From contig OX597836.1 in the NCBI GenBank assembly GCA_951406725.2, positions 558,001 to 622,000 on the forward strand: a stretch of 64,000 nt of DNA, in the 5' to 3' direction. This stretch comes from Octopus vulgaris (lineage: Eukaryota). The notes beneath the pieces were generated by a model that was not told the DNA's origin, ran no database searches, and was given only the letters and a program-made list of their open reading frames with translations. Position 1 is the stretch's first letter; the number at the start of each line of letters is the position of its first letter. Position numbers and translations under genes: made by a program. Below are positions 26,701 to 40,485 of the stretch, piece by piece.

Positions 26701-28155
26701 ATCCAACAGTAATTCTAACCCTTATCTTCACAGCTATCATGCCCTTTACATTTTTGAAGAAAAAAAACCCAGTTAATGAGACAGGGTACAGTATTTTAAT
26801 GGTACTTATATTTCCTAAATTGATGAAAAATATATATCTAACTCAAGCTTGATTTCAAGCTGGAATGTAGAGAAACAAATTCAATATAACCTCGTACCCT
26901 ACCCTTTAAGCAGGCTTATATTAATCATACAAACTTTTGTTGCATATGTCTTTTAGGCATTTTAAACAAGTACTTTTGCTCTTTATGTTTCAGTGAAGTG
27001 CTGTAAAATCATTTATGCAGAGAGCTAAACTGAATAAAGTATAATAATATGGATGAAAAAAATCAGTAGATCATCTAACAAAATTTTCAGATTTAGTTAT
27101 GTTGCTTTATATTCTGAGCTTGATCCCTGTCAATGTGTTTGACCCCCAAAATAGTTGATTGGGTGAGTATAAAAATTTATTTTAATACTAATTGTTTCTA
27201 CTTCAAGACAGTCAAAAATTTTGAAGGATTGGGTTAGTTGATTAATTTAACCCTAGTATGTCACTGGTACCTTATTTTGATGACCCTGGAAGGATGAAAG
27301 AAAAGGTGATACTGGCAAAATTTGAGCTCAGTATGTAAATAGTTGTAACTAAATCTAGCAAGGCTCTGTCTAAATTATTGATTATTCTGCCATTTCACTG
27401 CTCTTTTATGTAAATGATAATTACAAAGAAATCTAACAATAGCACAAAGCCAGAAATTTTGAAGGATAGTTACAGTTGTCGTAAAAATACAAATTCATGA
27501 CTGATACCAATGTTATCAGCTCTGAACAGATGAACAGCAAAGACAGCTTGTGGCAGGATTTTTAACTAAAAAATGTGAAGGAATCTGACTAAATACTGCC
27601 ATCGATTTAGTCTGGCACTCTACCGATTCTACTACTCCATTGAATTCCATATAATTTATAATAATAATAATTTCAAAGTTTTGGCACAAGTCAAACAATT
27701 TTAGGAGAGAGGGATAGTCAATTACATCAGCCTTAGTACATAACTAGCACTTTATTTCATCAAGCCTGAAAGGATGAAAGGCAAAGAAGGTGGGATTTAA
27801 ACTCAGAATGCAAAGAGATGGAACAAATGCCGCAAAGCATTTTTCCAATGCTTTAAGGATTCTGCCAGCTAATGATAACAATATACAAGTTAACAAATGT
27901 TATGAATATCATAAAGTTAAAAGATTATTGAAACAAATATAAATATACAAAATTAAAAATTACAAATCAGAAGAAAAAAATTAAAAAGCTGCCCACATTT
28001 CCTTAAAATCCTTAAAAGAATTAAAAAACTAAAATAAACCTCAAGCAAAAATAAAATAAAAAAAAAACATACAAAGAAAATGGAAATACTCTTCCCATCA
28101 AGTTTTTCTTTACTTTTTTTTTTTTGTTTGTTCTAAATTGAAATTGGTGTCCTAC

Positions 28156-28266
28156 CTGGTTGGGGATCATACTTCCTATGTATTTCGGATAACCAGTATC
28201 CGATAAGGAAGTGTTTATCCGATGTGTATTTTCTGGAACCAAGATTTTCTGATAATTGGGGTTTAC
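28156..28266 (-). CDS. Probable alternative 111-nt in-frame cassette (or RS-) exon of the cpo-family gene
   Basis: Minus strand shows a branch-like ctcac, an AG-free pyrimidine tract, then tcag|GTAAAC...AAC CAG|gtagga. It has 37 stop-free codons (VNPNYQKILVPENTHRINTSLSDTGYPKYIGSMIPNQ), phase 0/0 matching both neighbours, and T-rich flanks like the other exons. No homology recognised. Confidence 0.6.
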
Positions 28267-29629
28267 CTGAAGTAAATATGATAAATGCAAGAAAACAAAA
28301 GTGAGAACCTGTTTCTTTAAAACATTTTTGAAGGTTTTGTCTATTGTTCTTTGTTTATATTTTTTGAAAATTTTCTTTTGTTTATTATTATTATTATTAT
28401 TATTATTATTGATATCATTACTGCTACTACTACTATAACTATTAAAAGTGTGGAGTGTCAGAAACAATAAAGTGCCAGACTAAATGTTGTCTTACTTTTA
28501 TTCTGCTACATTTTGATTTTAAATCCTGCTATGCAGAGTTCATAAATTTAGTACCAGTCATAATTTGAGGTGCAATTTAAATACCTGTTCCCATCCCCAA
28601 CAAATGCATGGTCTTGTACTAAATTATAAATTATCATTATTATTATCATTATTATTATTATTATGTATTGGATAGAGTCAGCGGTAGTAGCATGTTAGAT
28701 TAAATAGAATCATGGTCATTTACATTCTGATTACAATTTCTTCTAAGATCAATAAAAACAAGTATCAGCAACATGCTAGGGTAAATTCACTTCCTGGGAT
28801 TGTACCTCTCTCACATACATTTCAAGCCTTAGGAAAATGTAAGAATTTTTTAATTGCTATTTAGCTTGCTTTCCTAACCATGAACTTCTGGGTTCTGTCC
28901 GATTGCATAGCACCTTGAGTAAATGCATTCTACTAGAACTCTGAGTCGAACAATGCCTTGTGAATGGATCTGTTGGACAGAAACTGAAAAGCCCATAATA
29001 TATATATTTATATCTATGTATCTGTGTTCCCACCATCCATGACTTGACAACTGGCATTGGTTTGTTTACATCCATGTAACTTAGCAGTTTATCAAAAGAT
29101 GCCAATAGAATACTACCAATAGTACCGGGCTTAAAAAAAAGGAAGTACTGAGGTCAATTTGCACAACTAAACTCTTTAAGGCCTCAGAATCGTTACAGTC
29201 CAATGACTGAAACAAATAAACCATAAAGGATATTAATATTTCTTTCAATTGTAAGAGGACTGGAGTTAATTCCATTAATCATACACCTGCTTTGTAGCTC
29301 TTTCACCAGAAAAATAAATCCTCATCATCTTGAAATTGTCATTAGCAAAAATAGTAAGCAGCTGATTAAGCTCCCAACTCTATGTAAATTCATTCTTCTA
29401 GATTTTGAACAGGAAAGTTCAATTTTGCTTTTCAAATCAGTCTTTTAGGAAAGCCAAGATAATAAGCTCCAGAATTAGAGAAGAGCGATCAAATAAGCAA
29501 TCAACTATCTCCCCTCACACTTCTCCCCCCAAAAAGGGAATCCAACCAACTTGCTTCAGTATGAAGCACTACCACCACAGTCGTTACTTTATTATCAATG
29601 ATTTGGGCTGTTGATGAGGGTGGTTAGAG

Positions 29630-30660
29630 ACTGTCTACAATGATGGTGCAGAGGACCATCATAGGACTATAGATTCTGTATGAGCTTTCTAAAAATTCAT
29701 GAGCATAGGTTTTAGATTAAATAGGGAAATGGTTTAGTCCTTTGTAAGGATGTGAATGAGCATACAAAAAAGAGACTCATGAAAACCTAAGAAATGCAAA
29801 GTAACTTGGAGTTCAAAATGATCCCCACACCTCATCAGAGCAGATTTCTCAGACACCTATCACAAACCTTCCACAAACACAATGAAAAATTAAATTACCA
29901 ACATTGGAACTGTAACCATCTTATATTAGTGTTCCAAAATCTAGTAAGTAGAAGATTATCTCTTTTCTCAACTAATATGAAACTATTCTATAGAGCAACA
30001 GGTTATAATGACATACCTCCAGAATCGAATGATATCAAGGAGAAAAAAATCATGTACACCTACGTAGAAAACACCAAAGTGCAATAAAGTAATAACAAAA
30101 TTAAAAAGCAAAATCTTATGGTTCACCCCGCCAATCTCACACTGTGTCAAACATATTTTAGCACAAAAAAAAAACAAGCATTCTCCCATAAATCAGTTAC
30201 AACAAATTATTTAACAAACATAACTACAAAACCAACTGCAGCTCAACCACCAACATAAAGATACCCAAGAACCCTGATAATCAACATCAAGATCACATAC
30301 ATCTTCAGAAAGCCAACCCCTTGCTGATCAGATATGTCATGTAATATGCAGGTAGTGGTTATACAAAGCTGAAGTAACCACCACTGGACCTACTTCCAAA
30401 ACCAAACAAAAGAGATATATAGGAAAGAGAGAATTACTTTTAAGAAACAACAAAACAATCACACAACTATTTTAGATATACTGTAAAGAGAAATGCCACC
30501 AAAATATTAAGTCACATCTGGAGTTTAAGCCACAATGCTAAAGAATTTAACATAGATTGGAAAATACAAGAAAGATGCAAACTATATACATCAAAATGAA
30601 TGATGTTTATATGTGCAAAACGGAGAAGAGTCTCATATTCTGGAATACAAGAAACTCTTA
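29630..30660 (+). mobile_element. Decayed Penelope-like element (linker plus GIY-YIG endonuclease)
   Basis: SKILWFTPP, a YIG remnant, RNATK, SHIWSL and EFNIDWKIQERCKLY, across frameshifts. Confidence 0.65.
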
Positions 30661-30795
30661 CACTTAAGCACACAATTTTCTTTTTGGATATATATTAGAA
30701 TGTACATCGAGTGCTAAATACTGACTATTTGTAATGTAATTTAAATATAAACTATATTGCTGAATCATACATATAAATATATGCAGATGTGCCTG

Positions 30796-30862
<67 letters not shown>

Positions 30863-32039
30863 CAGTGGTTGATAGGGTGATATAAAATTATGAGGCTTTA
30901 TGAATTTGTAAATCTTGTTAACATACATTTTGGAACATTGATGAAGATACTGCCTCCTGGAAAGCATGCTAAAAAAAAACAAAAATTAGATAATATCTAC
31001 ATAGAATTTCGCTATAAGATTCATGATAATAATTTCTGGAAAAATTGACAAAGTTGATGAATAAAGAGTAAAACATGCAACCAATGAAAAATTAAAAATC
31101 AAGTTTCAGTGGGGAAATATTTGAAGTGTGATACAAAATAAAAATAACTAATTGTATAAAAGCCATTGAAATTTGTATGTTTCTATGTTTGTTGGCTTAT
31201 ATCGTGTTATTCTCGTGGTAAAAAATTAGGAATGAGGGGGGAAAAAAAAAAAGAACCAATCTCTAATTTCATAGGCAAGATGTTTGAGATGTAACAGAAA
31301 AGAGAACTGGTTCTTAAAAAATTTGATTCCCACAAATCTACACACACATACACAAGCACTTAAATAATAAATATTTATATATACGAATTAGTAGACAAAT
31401 GAAATAAAGTGATACTTAATACATTTGATAGGAGTTACATATGGACTTTAATAAGTTTGAATCTGCCTGATATAATTTAAAAGTTTTGTGGACTTGTAGA
31501 CAAACCCATATCATCAGATAAGAGTGGAGTTTGTCATATGAGCCTATGAAACTTTAAGTTATATGGAGAGGAGTATGTGTACCTTAGTATATTTTTATAT
31601 ACATTTACTCACACACATATTGGTGAAATTTTACATACAAAATTCTCACTCATTATTTAAATTCTCAGTCTCAGTTGGTTCAATATGAATGGAAAAAGAA
31701 TTTCACGAGTATTTTAAGTGTATCTTTTGTATTACTTGAAAGAAATTTAATATTGCTTATAATACTACAACTAGCAAGCTAAAAATAATAATAGTATAAT
31801 TATAACAGTGTTACAACTGATAATAATATAATAATAATTTCTTTTATTAGACACAGTGGTATAAATGAGGAACATATCACACGCACAGAACAATTTGTAA
31901 GGGATGGGGGGTTATATAAATGATGAGGAAAAAGAAATGGAAAAGGCAGTGAAATATGACAGTATATAGGGTGTGTGATAACATGAATGATGCAGTCCTC
32001 ATGATACAGGAGAAAATTCAGTTAGGACCAGTCCAGGAA

Positions 32040-32830
32040 TCCCACAGATTTAGGATTACCCTGACCACCACAAGCTCTCTCTCTTCTGCTCTCCAATCTA
32101 CAAGTACATACTTAGAGTAAGACCATTCTCTCAACCATTTTTGCCACAGTCACCCTTCTTTTTACGAACTCACTGGGAGATAGTAACTCCCTCTCCACGC
32201 CACTTTCCTGTCCAAGTGGAACTTACAAAAACGATGAGATTTTGACTGAAGAGGAAGGTATCTTTCCTCAATCCATCCAGCCTTGTCCACCACATAACCT
32301 CTTTTGCCAAAGCCACTAGACAGCGGAACATCGCTTGCTCTGCAGGCAGTGTTAAGGTTGGATTCAGCTGATAGATGGATCAGTCCCACAAAACTTGGCA
32401 TGTCAGCAATATTTGGACACTGCACAAAGGATTGCTGAATAGTTTCGTCATTTTGGGTGCATCATGGACAGCCCCCTTCCAACAGTGTTTCCATGGCTGT
32501 AGAGTTTATCTTGAACTGGCAGTTCAGGGAAGCTATCTGGAAGCTATCCATGGTAGTGAGTGCTGAGCCGAAAAGTTCTCTCAAACAAACCAGAAAAGTT
32601 CATCCTTGTCGATGCCTAGAATTTTCTTGAGGGTGTTATCAATCTTATTTACCACTGGATTACTATATATTTCTAACATAGAACTTCCACTGACCATATT
32701 CCTTGGCTGGGAGAAGGCAGCGAGTGCTTAACAACATTCCAGATGCCAGGCACCTAATCTTGGTCTTTTCTTCACCCAATATTGCAGTTCTGTTAAAGAG
32801 ATGGGTTGTGGAAAGGCATGTCTTACAAAT
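32040..32830 (-). mobile_element. L1/Tx1-like LINE 3' remnant (zinc-knuckle region)
   Basis: Minus strand LPVQDKLYSHGNTVGRGCP*C...ETIQQSFVQCPNI, a degenerate C-terminal zinc knuckle of L1/Tx1 ORF2. Confidence 0.55.
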
Positions 32831-33169
32831 GGAGAGCAGATGGGCTCACCAATAACACTAATAATGATAATCCTTTCTACTATAGGCACAAGATCTAAAA
32901 TGTTGGAGGAGGGGGTTAGTCAATTAAATCAACCCCAGTGTTCAACTGGTACTCATTTCATTGACACTAGTGGAACTTGAGCTCAAGACATAAAAACATA
33001 TGCAATGCTATTAAGTATTTTGACTGGTGTGCTAATTGATCTTTTCTACGAAAGGCACAACACCTGAACCATGAGGTTTCATCAGGTGTCTGCAGAAATT
33101 TCCAACCTGGCTTCTCATTCCTAATGTATTTTTCCATGTTGTTGTTATTATTATTATTATTATTATTAT

Positions 33170-34066
33170 TCGGAATCTTGGGATTAGCAGCCCACGCTCT
33201 TAACCACTACACCATATGCCCGTGGGCAATTATGGAGTGAATTTTAGGGCTTATAAATCTAATATTCTCCTATCCTTCCTTAATCCCGGTTCCCATATGC
33301 TGCTCATATCTGCACTTGGTCTGCTTAGGAGGTTGTTGTGTCCTGGCATATGTGCTGCTGCTTTTGGTTTTCATATTTTCCACTGGTCTTCTCAGTCTAT
33401 TATTTTAACTTCATCTAACAGGGGGAGGTGGTCTCCATTTTTATCAATATTATCAATATTTCCCTGTGTCACAGCTTTGCGATGTTTCTCTACCCTTATT
33501 TGAGGGGTGGCATGTTTTGCCTTTGTATAACCTACCACAGCTACATGGGATGGAGTACACACAGTTCTTAGTCATATTCTCTTCTGTTGGTGGTTTTACT
33601 CAAAGTAGATATTTGTGAAGTGTTGTATTACTCTTGAATACTGTCCTGATGTCATTCATATGGGCCGCATATCTTTTGTATCTTTTTGGAGAGGCCTTTC
33701 ACATAGGGTAGACAGACTGTAGACAGTTTATTGGTTGCATCTTCTCTTTTCTTCATAATTAGAGGGGAGAGTATGCTTCTGGGGTAGTTGTTGCTTAACA
33801 GATTGTTACTGAGCTTGATCATTTCTTTGTGGTGGGTATCACGATCACTACTTATATTCATTGCTTGATGTTTTAGGCACTGAGCAATCAGTCTCTTTAC
33901 ACTGTATGGATGGTGGGAGTTGAAGTTGAGGTATCGTCCAGTGGAGGTCGGCTTGCGGTATACGGATGTCCTGAATCCATACTTGGTGTGTGTTATTAAT
34001 ATGTCCAGGAATGCCAGCTGATTGACCTTTTCTTTTTCCATTGTGAACTGGATGGAGGGTATCATA
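33170..34066 (-). mobile_element. Penelope-like element fragment ending in a tRNA-like segment and (AAT)n
   Basis: IQFTMEKEKVNQLAFLDILI...TSVYRKPTSTGRYLNFNSHHPYSVK...LPYVKGLS is the Penelope RT thumb/linker. The minus-strand end is gggcatatggtgtagtggttaagagcgtgggctgctaatcccaagattccg. Confidence 0.85.
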
Positions 34067-34625
34067 CAAATCTTGATGTTAACCTTTGCCAAAAGTTTTC
34101 CACATGATGTTAACTCTGTATTCCAGTTCTTCATTGATCGCCTGATAAAATCTGAAATGTTATCAGACGCCAGTACCAACTCATGACTTTCTAAAATCCA
34201 AGAGTCGGGGACTATATCAGACACTTTCTTATACTCGAGCCACACTATACCCAGATTTCTATGCCTTGCAGTCATTCATCACGATTCTGACTGTCAGAAG
34301 TTGATCCTTTGTCTCTTGGCTTTTCTTTCTGCATCACTTCTCTTGTAATGGCAGCTTGTCATTTATTTCCAGGAAGTCATATACGCAATTAGATATTATT
34401 TTTGTCATCAACTTCCATGTCAGCGTCAGACAAGAGATAGGCCGCTAATTATAAACCACATTACCTTTACCAGGATCCTTTTGGTAAAGAACCATTTTAC
34501 TTGTGGTCATCCAGTTTGGGATTTTCACCCAGTTGTTGATCACTTTATTCTTTTATGAAATGCTGCGAAATTTTTCAACCAATGCCTTTGTACCCCATCT
34601 AGGCCTGGGTATTTCCAGCTTGAGA
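34067..34625 (-). mobile_element. R4/Dong-like (RLE-clade) non-LTR RT fragment
   Basis: KDPGKGN..RPISCL, GCRK-like/TKDQLL and NLGIVWLEYKKVSDIVPDSWI (WIDYKKAYDxVPHSWI motif). Confidence 0.65.
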
Positions 34626-34667
34626 CAGTTGTTTGCTTGGTCACCGCTTCTTCAGCAGCAGCAGCTG

Positions 34668-34755
34668 TTCTTCTTCTTCTTCTTCTTCTTCTTCTTCTTC
34701 TTCTTCTTCTTCTTCTTCTTCTTCTTCTTCTTCTTCTTCTTCGTCTTCTTCTTCT
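34668..34755. repeat. (TTC)n trinucleotide microsatellite
   Basis: About 29 near-perfect units, preceded by a short (CAG)n. Confidence 0.95.
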
Positions 34756-36779
34756 TAATTATATTTGACTCTAGTGCTCTGAAGATGTATTTTTGATTCT
34801 CTATGAAGCATTACAAATATAACTTTTCATTGGGGTACTTGGAAAAAGAACAATAATTGCCTAAGAAGGGCATGCCCTTGACGTCTGTAGGCAGACAACA
34901 AAAAAAAGAGTTTGTTTTACAAAATTTTAAAATTTTATTTACGCACATAACTTTTTCGCCTCAAAACTGACCAGCACACATTGTACTACACAACAAAGCA
35001 ACACAATAGATTAAAAAAATACACAAAATCAAAACACACAACTGAATGTACAAAGGAAAGAAGGAAAATGAATGCTTTACTGAACATTTAATAGAAGAAA
35101 ATGTCTCACATACTCAGATAAGCAATTTAGAAGACAATAACAACAACAACTATAGCAACTCTTACACAACTCCAAATGCTGCAGTCTGATAATATAATAG
35201 AGATGTGATTACAAACCTTCATTCAATGTTAAATGAAGACAAAATTCTTGTACTTATGAGAGTTAAAAGAAAAGAAATGTAGACGGAAGAATTGTTTTAA
35301 AACCCAATAGCATTTCTTTGCCACAGAAGAAGGTAAAGAAACATAATATATATCTCTGTCTACTAAAAGATGGAAGTATCAAAATATCAAACCTTCCAAG
35401 ACAAATCAGAAGAAATTATCTCAACTGAAATTGCTGTAACTGTATAACTGAAAACACAGACAAAACAGTGACTACCTGTACCTTTGTGTCCTAGATTATG
35501 GGTCAAAGAAATCCTAGAATTGTATAAAAAGACATTTGATACAATGTAGAGCAATAGCTAGTCATGACTTCTGTATCAGTATGATAGTCTAAGCAGGTTT
35601 AAAAGAAGGCGACTTGTGGTTAGGGGACGTCAAAATAGACTTTCAGATCCCAGTAACCCCTGAACGCTACAGAGTAATACCAGAGCAGGAGAAGGCACCA
35701 AGATAAAGGGCACATGACTGATGATACAGGGTAAGAAAACCTAGTCACGGTATTTGCTGGAACAAAATGCACCTGAGAGCTAAACACCCTGAAGAACTGG
35801 GAAAACTCAGTGAAAATAAGGAAAACAATAAAGAGTAACAGCAGCAACAAGAACAACAATCCCAAGTTTCCAGAGCAGAACCAGGCAAAACTCAAAGGAT
35901 AGCAATGGAAATATCTTTAGGACCAGTATCACAAATGGATGAACAAATACCTCATCTCCTAATGGTACCAACCTGTAGTACCACATTTTCATTGCACTAT
36001 GAGAAAGAAATAATTAAAGGGAAAAATATGAAAGGATAAAAAGAAAAAAATTTACAAAGAAAGACACAATACAAAGCAATGAAAATAGGGAAAAGGACAA
36101 TATTTTCTAAATGGCAACAAAATCTTTCCTCAAGAAAATAATGAAAAATATGCCGAAAATGAAGTTCAAAATCAAACAGTTTCAGACAAAATTATGCATT
36201 TGTTGTATCAAAGACTTCCAGAAGTTGAAATGATACATAATGTTCAGAGTATGAGCCACATGCAAAAAACAGCCTGCTCATAAAATTAAAACCAAAGTGT
36301 TACATCAAACTTAGAAAAGAAGATTCTCAAGATGTTAATATATTTCATCATGAAATACTATATAAAAAGAAAAATGCTATATAATGCATTCTGTTGTGTT
36401 TGAGCATGAACCTAGCTTGAGAAATGATTATGTGAACAGGGACATGGTATACCCAAAACAACCTACCCAGTAATCTTTCAGGTTTTATTTTCCTTTATAT
36501 CTTGTTTTCATTACTATGTTTTATCATACCTGTTGAAATATTTCCAAGCAAATATATATGCATGTACCCGTTAACATGAGTACATATATGCATATATCTG
36601 TGCATGTGTGTAGATGTGTATATGTATGTATATACATGTATGCACATGAATATATGTTCATCTAAGTACACAGTACCATAGATCCATTACAGCCAAACTT
36701 ACCAATCAGTTATATTAAGTAACAGGGTGGTTATCTAACACTTACGCTCTTCAGGAATGGCATGTATGCAATAAAATAT

Positions 36780-37700
36780 GATCACTACTCTCTCTTATTA
36801 GAGGTGGGAAAATGTCACATTCATTTTGTGGGTGCTGTGAAGAAAGATGAAGTGAAGTCTCAAGAGACAATTAATCTAGGTACTTATCAAGAGTTATGCC
36901 ACTGGTTGCAAAAAACCTGAATTAGCTGTGATGCAGCAAAAGTCTGCTGGGTAAATATATGTGTAGGTGGAAGGTTTGAGCCGGATGATATGTGTGTAGG
37001 GGCATTCTTTGAGGGGAATTTTTAGGTATATATGCATATGTCTATCTATGTGTGTGTGGTTTGGCTATAAACTTTGCTGGGCAAGGATGGTCATTAAAGG
37101 AAAGTGCTACAGATTACAACAGGTGGAAAATCATAGAGAAGTGCAAGTCTTAGTTTAGTAGTAGCAGAAAGTGCATGCTACTGTACCTGACCAAGAATAG
37201 AATTATATTAAAAAAATTATCTTCACCTGGACACCTACCTAAACTGCAGAAACAAGATTTTTGGCCTATGCCTGCATGAGAGAAGGTACATGTTGGCTTA
37301 CATTGGGCCCTACAATGACTATAAATGCTGTGATCTCTACCATCAGTTTTCCCACCATCACATCCTTAGAACCCAGCAAAAGCCTTGGCTAAACCACACA
37401 TACATCAACGCACATACATATATGCTCCTAAACTTATTGTTAAAGGTTTGAGCACTCACCCAATTCTCCCTACACACAAACCAAACCTTCAAAATCACAT
37501 CCTTTACATTTAGTTATCTAGACCTTTGCTGTATCATAACTCAGTATGTTTTGGCGAAGAGAGAGTAAGATGCCAAGGGGTATAACTCTTACTAAATCAC
37601 TTGCTTAATTATCTCCCATAACTTTTTCTGTTTTTTTTGTTTTTTTTTCACAGCACCATATGTGAAATTTTGTCACCTGAAGTAAGAGAGAGTAGTTGCA
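36780..37700. mobile_element. Old ~920-bp foldback/palindromic element
   Basis: Three pairs of arms: actactctctctta...ggtgctgtgaa with ttcacagcacc...taagagagagtagt, tgtgtggtttggc...tttgctggg with cccagcaaa...gctaaaccacaca, and tgtgtgtaggg with ccctacacaca. Confidence 0.65.
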
Positions 37701-38939
37701 TCTTTTATCTATTTTTTCCATGCTTGCCATCCTTGAAGAAAACACATATTATACAATATCTGGTGCAACGCTGATTAGTAAGATTAGCTGTAATATATAT
37801 GTTATGCTATATACTTTGATTAATATATCTAGTAGATATATACTGACAAATATTGAATGTCTATTTTATCCGACTCAGATTTTAGACAACTATATACATA
37901 TAGTTATGCTTTGTGTATGTTGGCACAAGCATCTTCAAAAATCTAAACACAACTTCCCATATTTGGTATAGCATCTGTTGTTCTTCCCACTGTACTTGTA
38001 AATATTGTTTTCTCCTACTCCGTATCACTCTCTCATTCTTTCCAAGTAGTAAAAGTTATGTGGCTATTAAGAAAAGGATTCTTAGAATTAATGCATTGCA
38101 ATACAGCAACGGTTTTGTGGGGATCAGCTGCAGCTGACAGAAGTTATTTCAATATATTACTAGTATTTGTCTTTATTTAATTGATCCTGGTGAATATTTG
38201 AACTCAGAACAAAGAGATAAGATTGCATGCTGGAAGTTCTTGTATCAGATACTCTACAGCGTTTGCCAAATCACCACCAGCCATTTCGTGGCGCTAATTT
38301 AGTAATAACAAGATCAAGTTGAAATGAAGTTTATGTGTGTGTGTGTGTGTGTGTACATGTGTATGCATGCGTGTGTGTGTGTGTGCATATATGGACAAAT
38401 TTAGGGTGATCAAATAATAATAAAAACAATGATAGTAACAGTAACAACAATAATAAGGAAAAAAGACAGAAACTTTAAGGAGGCTAAATTCTGATGAGAA
38501 CAATTATTCAATACACATGGTGTATAATTCTGCTTCCTCTCATAAATAATCAGGCACATACATACACACGCACAACACACACACATACATGCACTCACAC
38601 ACACACTCACACACACACACACATTTGTATGCTTTGAGTCCAGTTCTACTGTGTGGGACTTTGGCCATGTATCTTGTACTTATAACCTTGAGTTGACCAA
38701 ATCCTTGTGAATAGATCTGCCAGATGTAAACTGCAAGAAGCCTCTTGTTTATATACATTTGCACTTATACATTTGTGTTTTAGTGTTTTGATATTGTGTG
38801 ATAACTGTGAATGAGCTTCACCATCATACAAGCAGTGTCCTCCTTTTTGTTCTATGCAGTGGTGCTCTGTTCTGCTCTTTGTGTAACTGACAATGCCAAA
38901 GTTTGGTACAAGTTTTTGTAGGTTTTTCCAGATGAATAT

Positions 38940-40330
38940 CACTGCCTTTCTTGCCTTTGTTCTAGGGAGTAGAGTCTTTTAGTCTCAACCAGTAGCTGAC
39001 ATGTCACATTGAGATGATCTTCTTAGTGTAGCTTCGCTAGATTGCTTCGAGTTCTGTCTTTGATTTTATACTGGGTGGTGACCATAGCTGGAAGCAGTAA
39101 TCTAAATAGTTGAGGACAAATGTCCTCCAGAGAGCCATCAGGGTTTCTTGTTCTCTTGTTCTGAAAATCCGAAGGATCTATCTAGCCTTTTATTGCCATC
39201 TTAGTAATATGCACCTGGAAAAATGCATTATTACTCATGTCAATATTCAGGTCAAACACTGATTTTGGTTCAGGGATCACAATCCCTCCTGGGCCTGTGT
39301 ATCCTATCTACTTTTCATTGAGCTTTGTATGTTAGTAGCACAGGGCTTGGACTTTTCCAGCACTAAACTGTACGTTATTTTCCTCAGCTCATCTGCATAT
39401 TGCATCCAACTTCTGCTACAGCTGCACAGCATTTCCAAGGTTCTGTATCCCCTGAGAGACTTTTTTGTCATCTATGTAGCTAGCAAGGGTTGCTAACTGA
39501 GCAGCTGAGGAAATGTCTGAGAGGGCCACTATGAATAACAGTGGCCCCAAGACAATTCCCTGTGGAACACCACTCATTATTTGTCTTTCCTTGGAGGTGG
39601 CTCCATTAGTCACCATTGCCTGACTTCTCTTTTTTAGAAAGCCATGTAGCCATTCTCCAAGTTTTCTGACAATGCCAAGATTATGCAGCTTGTAACATAT
39701 CATACTATGGTCAACATTATGAAAGACATTTGCAAAGTTCAGATATATCATGGCACATTTGAGTTGTTGAGCATCTGCTTTGGCACCCAATCATAATGCT
39801 GCAAGAGCTGTGTAAGGCAGCTTCTATCTGGTTCAAAAACCATGCTGGGTGTCAGTCAGCAAGTCATTCTCTTCAAGGAATGCAATTAGTTCCCTTCGGA
39901 CTATTTGTTCCATGAATTTCCTGATGTGACACGTCAGAGAAACAGGTTTTTATGAATAGAGCATATTATTCCCTCCTTCAGTTTTTCTGGTAGCACCATT
40001 TGCAAGAAAGCTCTGAAAAAGAAGCTGCAGGGGTTTTGCAAAGGCTCTTTTGCATGACTTGAGAAGAATTGCTAGGAATCCTTCGGGGCCAGCAGACGAG
40101 TTTGCATCTATATCATCTATTGCTAGCATTACATCTTTTTCTTCGATGTTGATGATATCAATTGTTACTGCCTCCTGTTCAGCTTCTGCAGAGGTAAAGA
40201 ATTCCACAGGTTTGCTAACTTGCATGTGCTGTAGGGGTGGGGGGAAGACACTTGTGAATTGTTCATTCAATGTTTCAGTTATCCTCATTGGGTTTCCTGT
40301 GAGGGAACCATCTTTTTTGGAGGAGTAGCC
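38940..40330 (-). mobile_element. Decayed CR1-like LINE ORF2 (RT) fragment
   Basis: LNEQFTSVF, SAGPEG, IYLNFANVFHNVDH, SGVPQGIVLGPLLF and SYIDD, with stops and frameshifts. Confidence 0.85.
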
Positions 40331-40410
40331 CTATATATAGATGTAGATATATACAGATAATATATACATACATAAATATACACGCACACACATATATATA
40401 TATATGTAAG

Positions 40411-40450
<40 letters not shown>

Positions 40451-40485
40451 TATGTATGTATGTATGTATATATGTATGTATATAT

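Noticed and set aside
33171-33235. Functional tRNA-Ser gene
   Set aside because: It lacks the T-arm and 3' acceptor strand and is repeat-associated.
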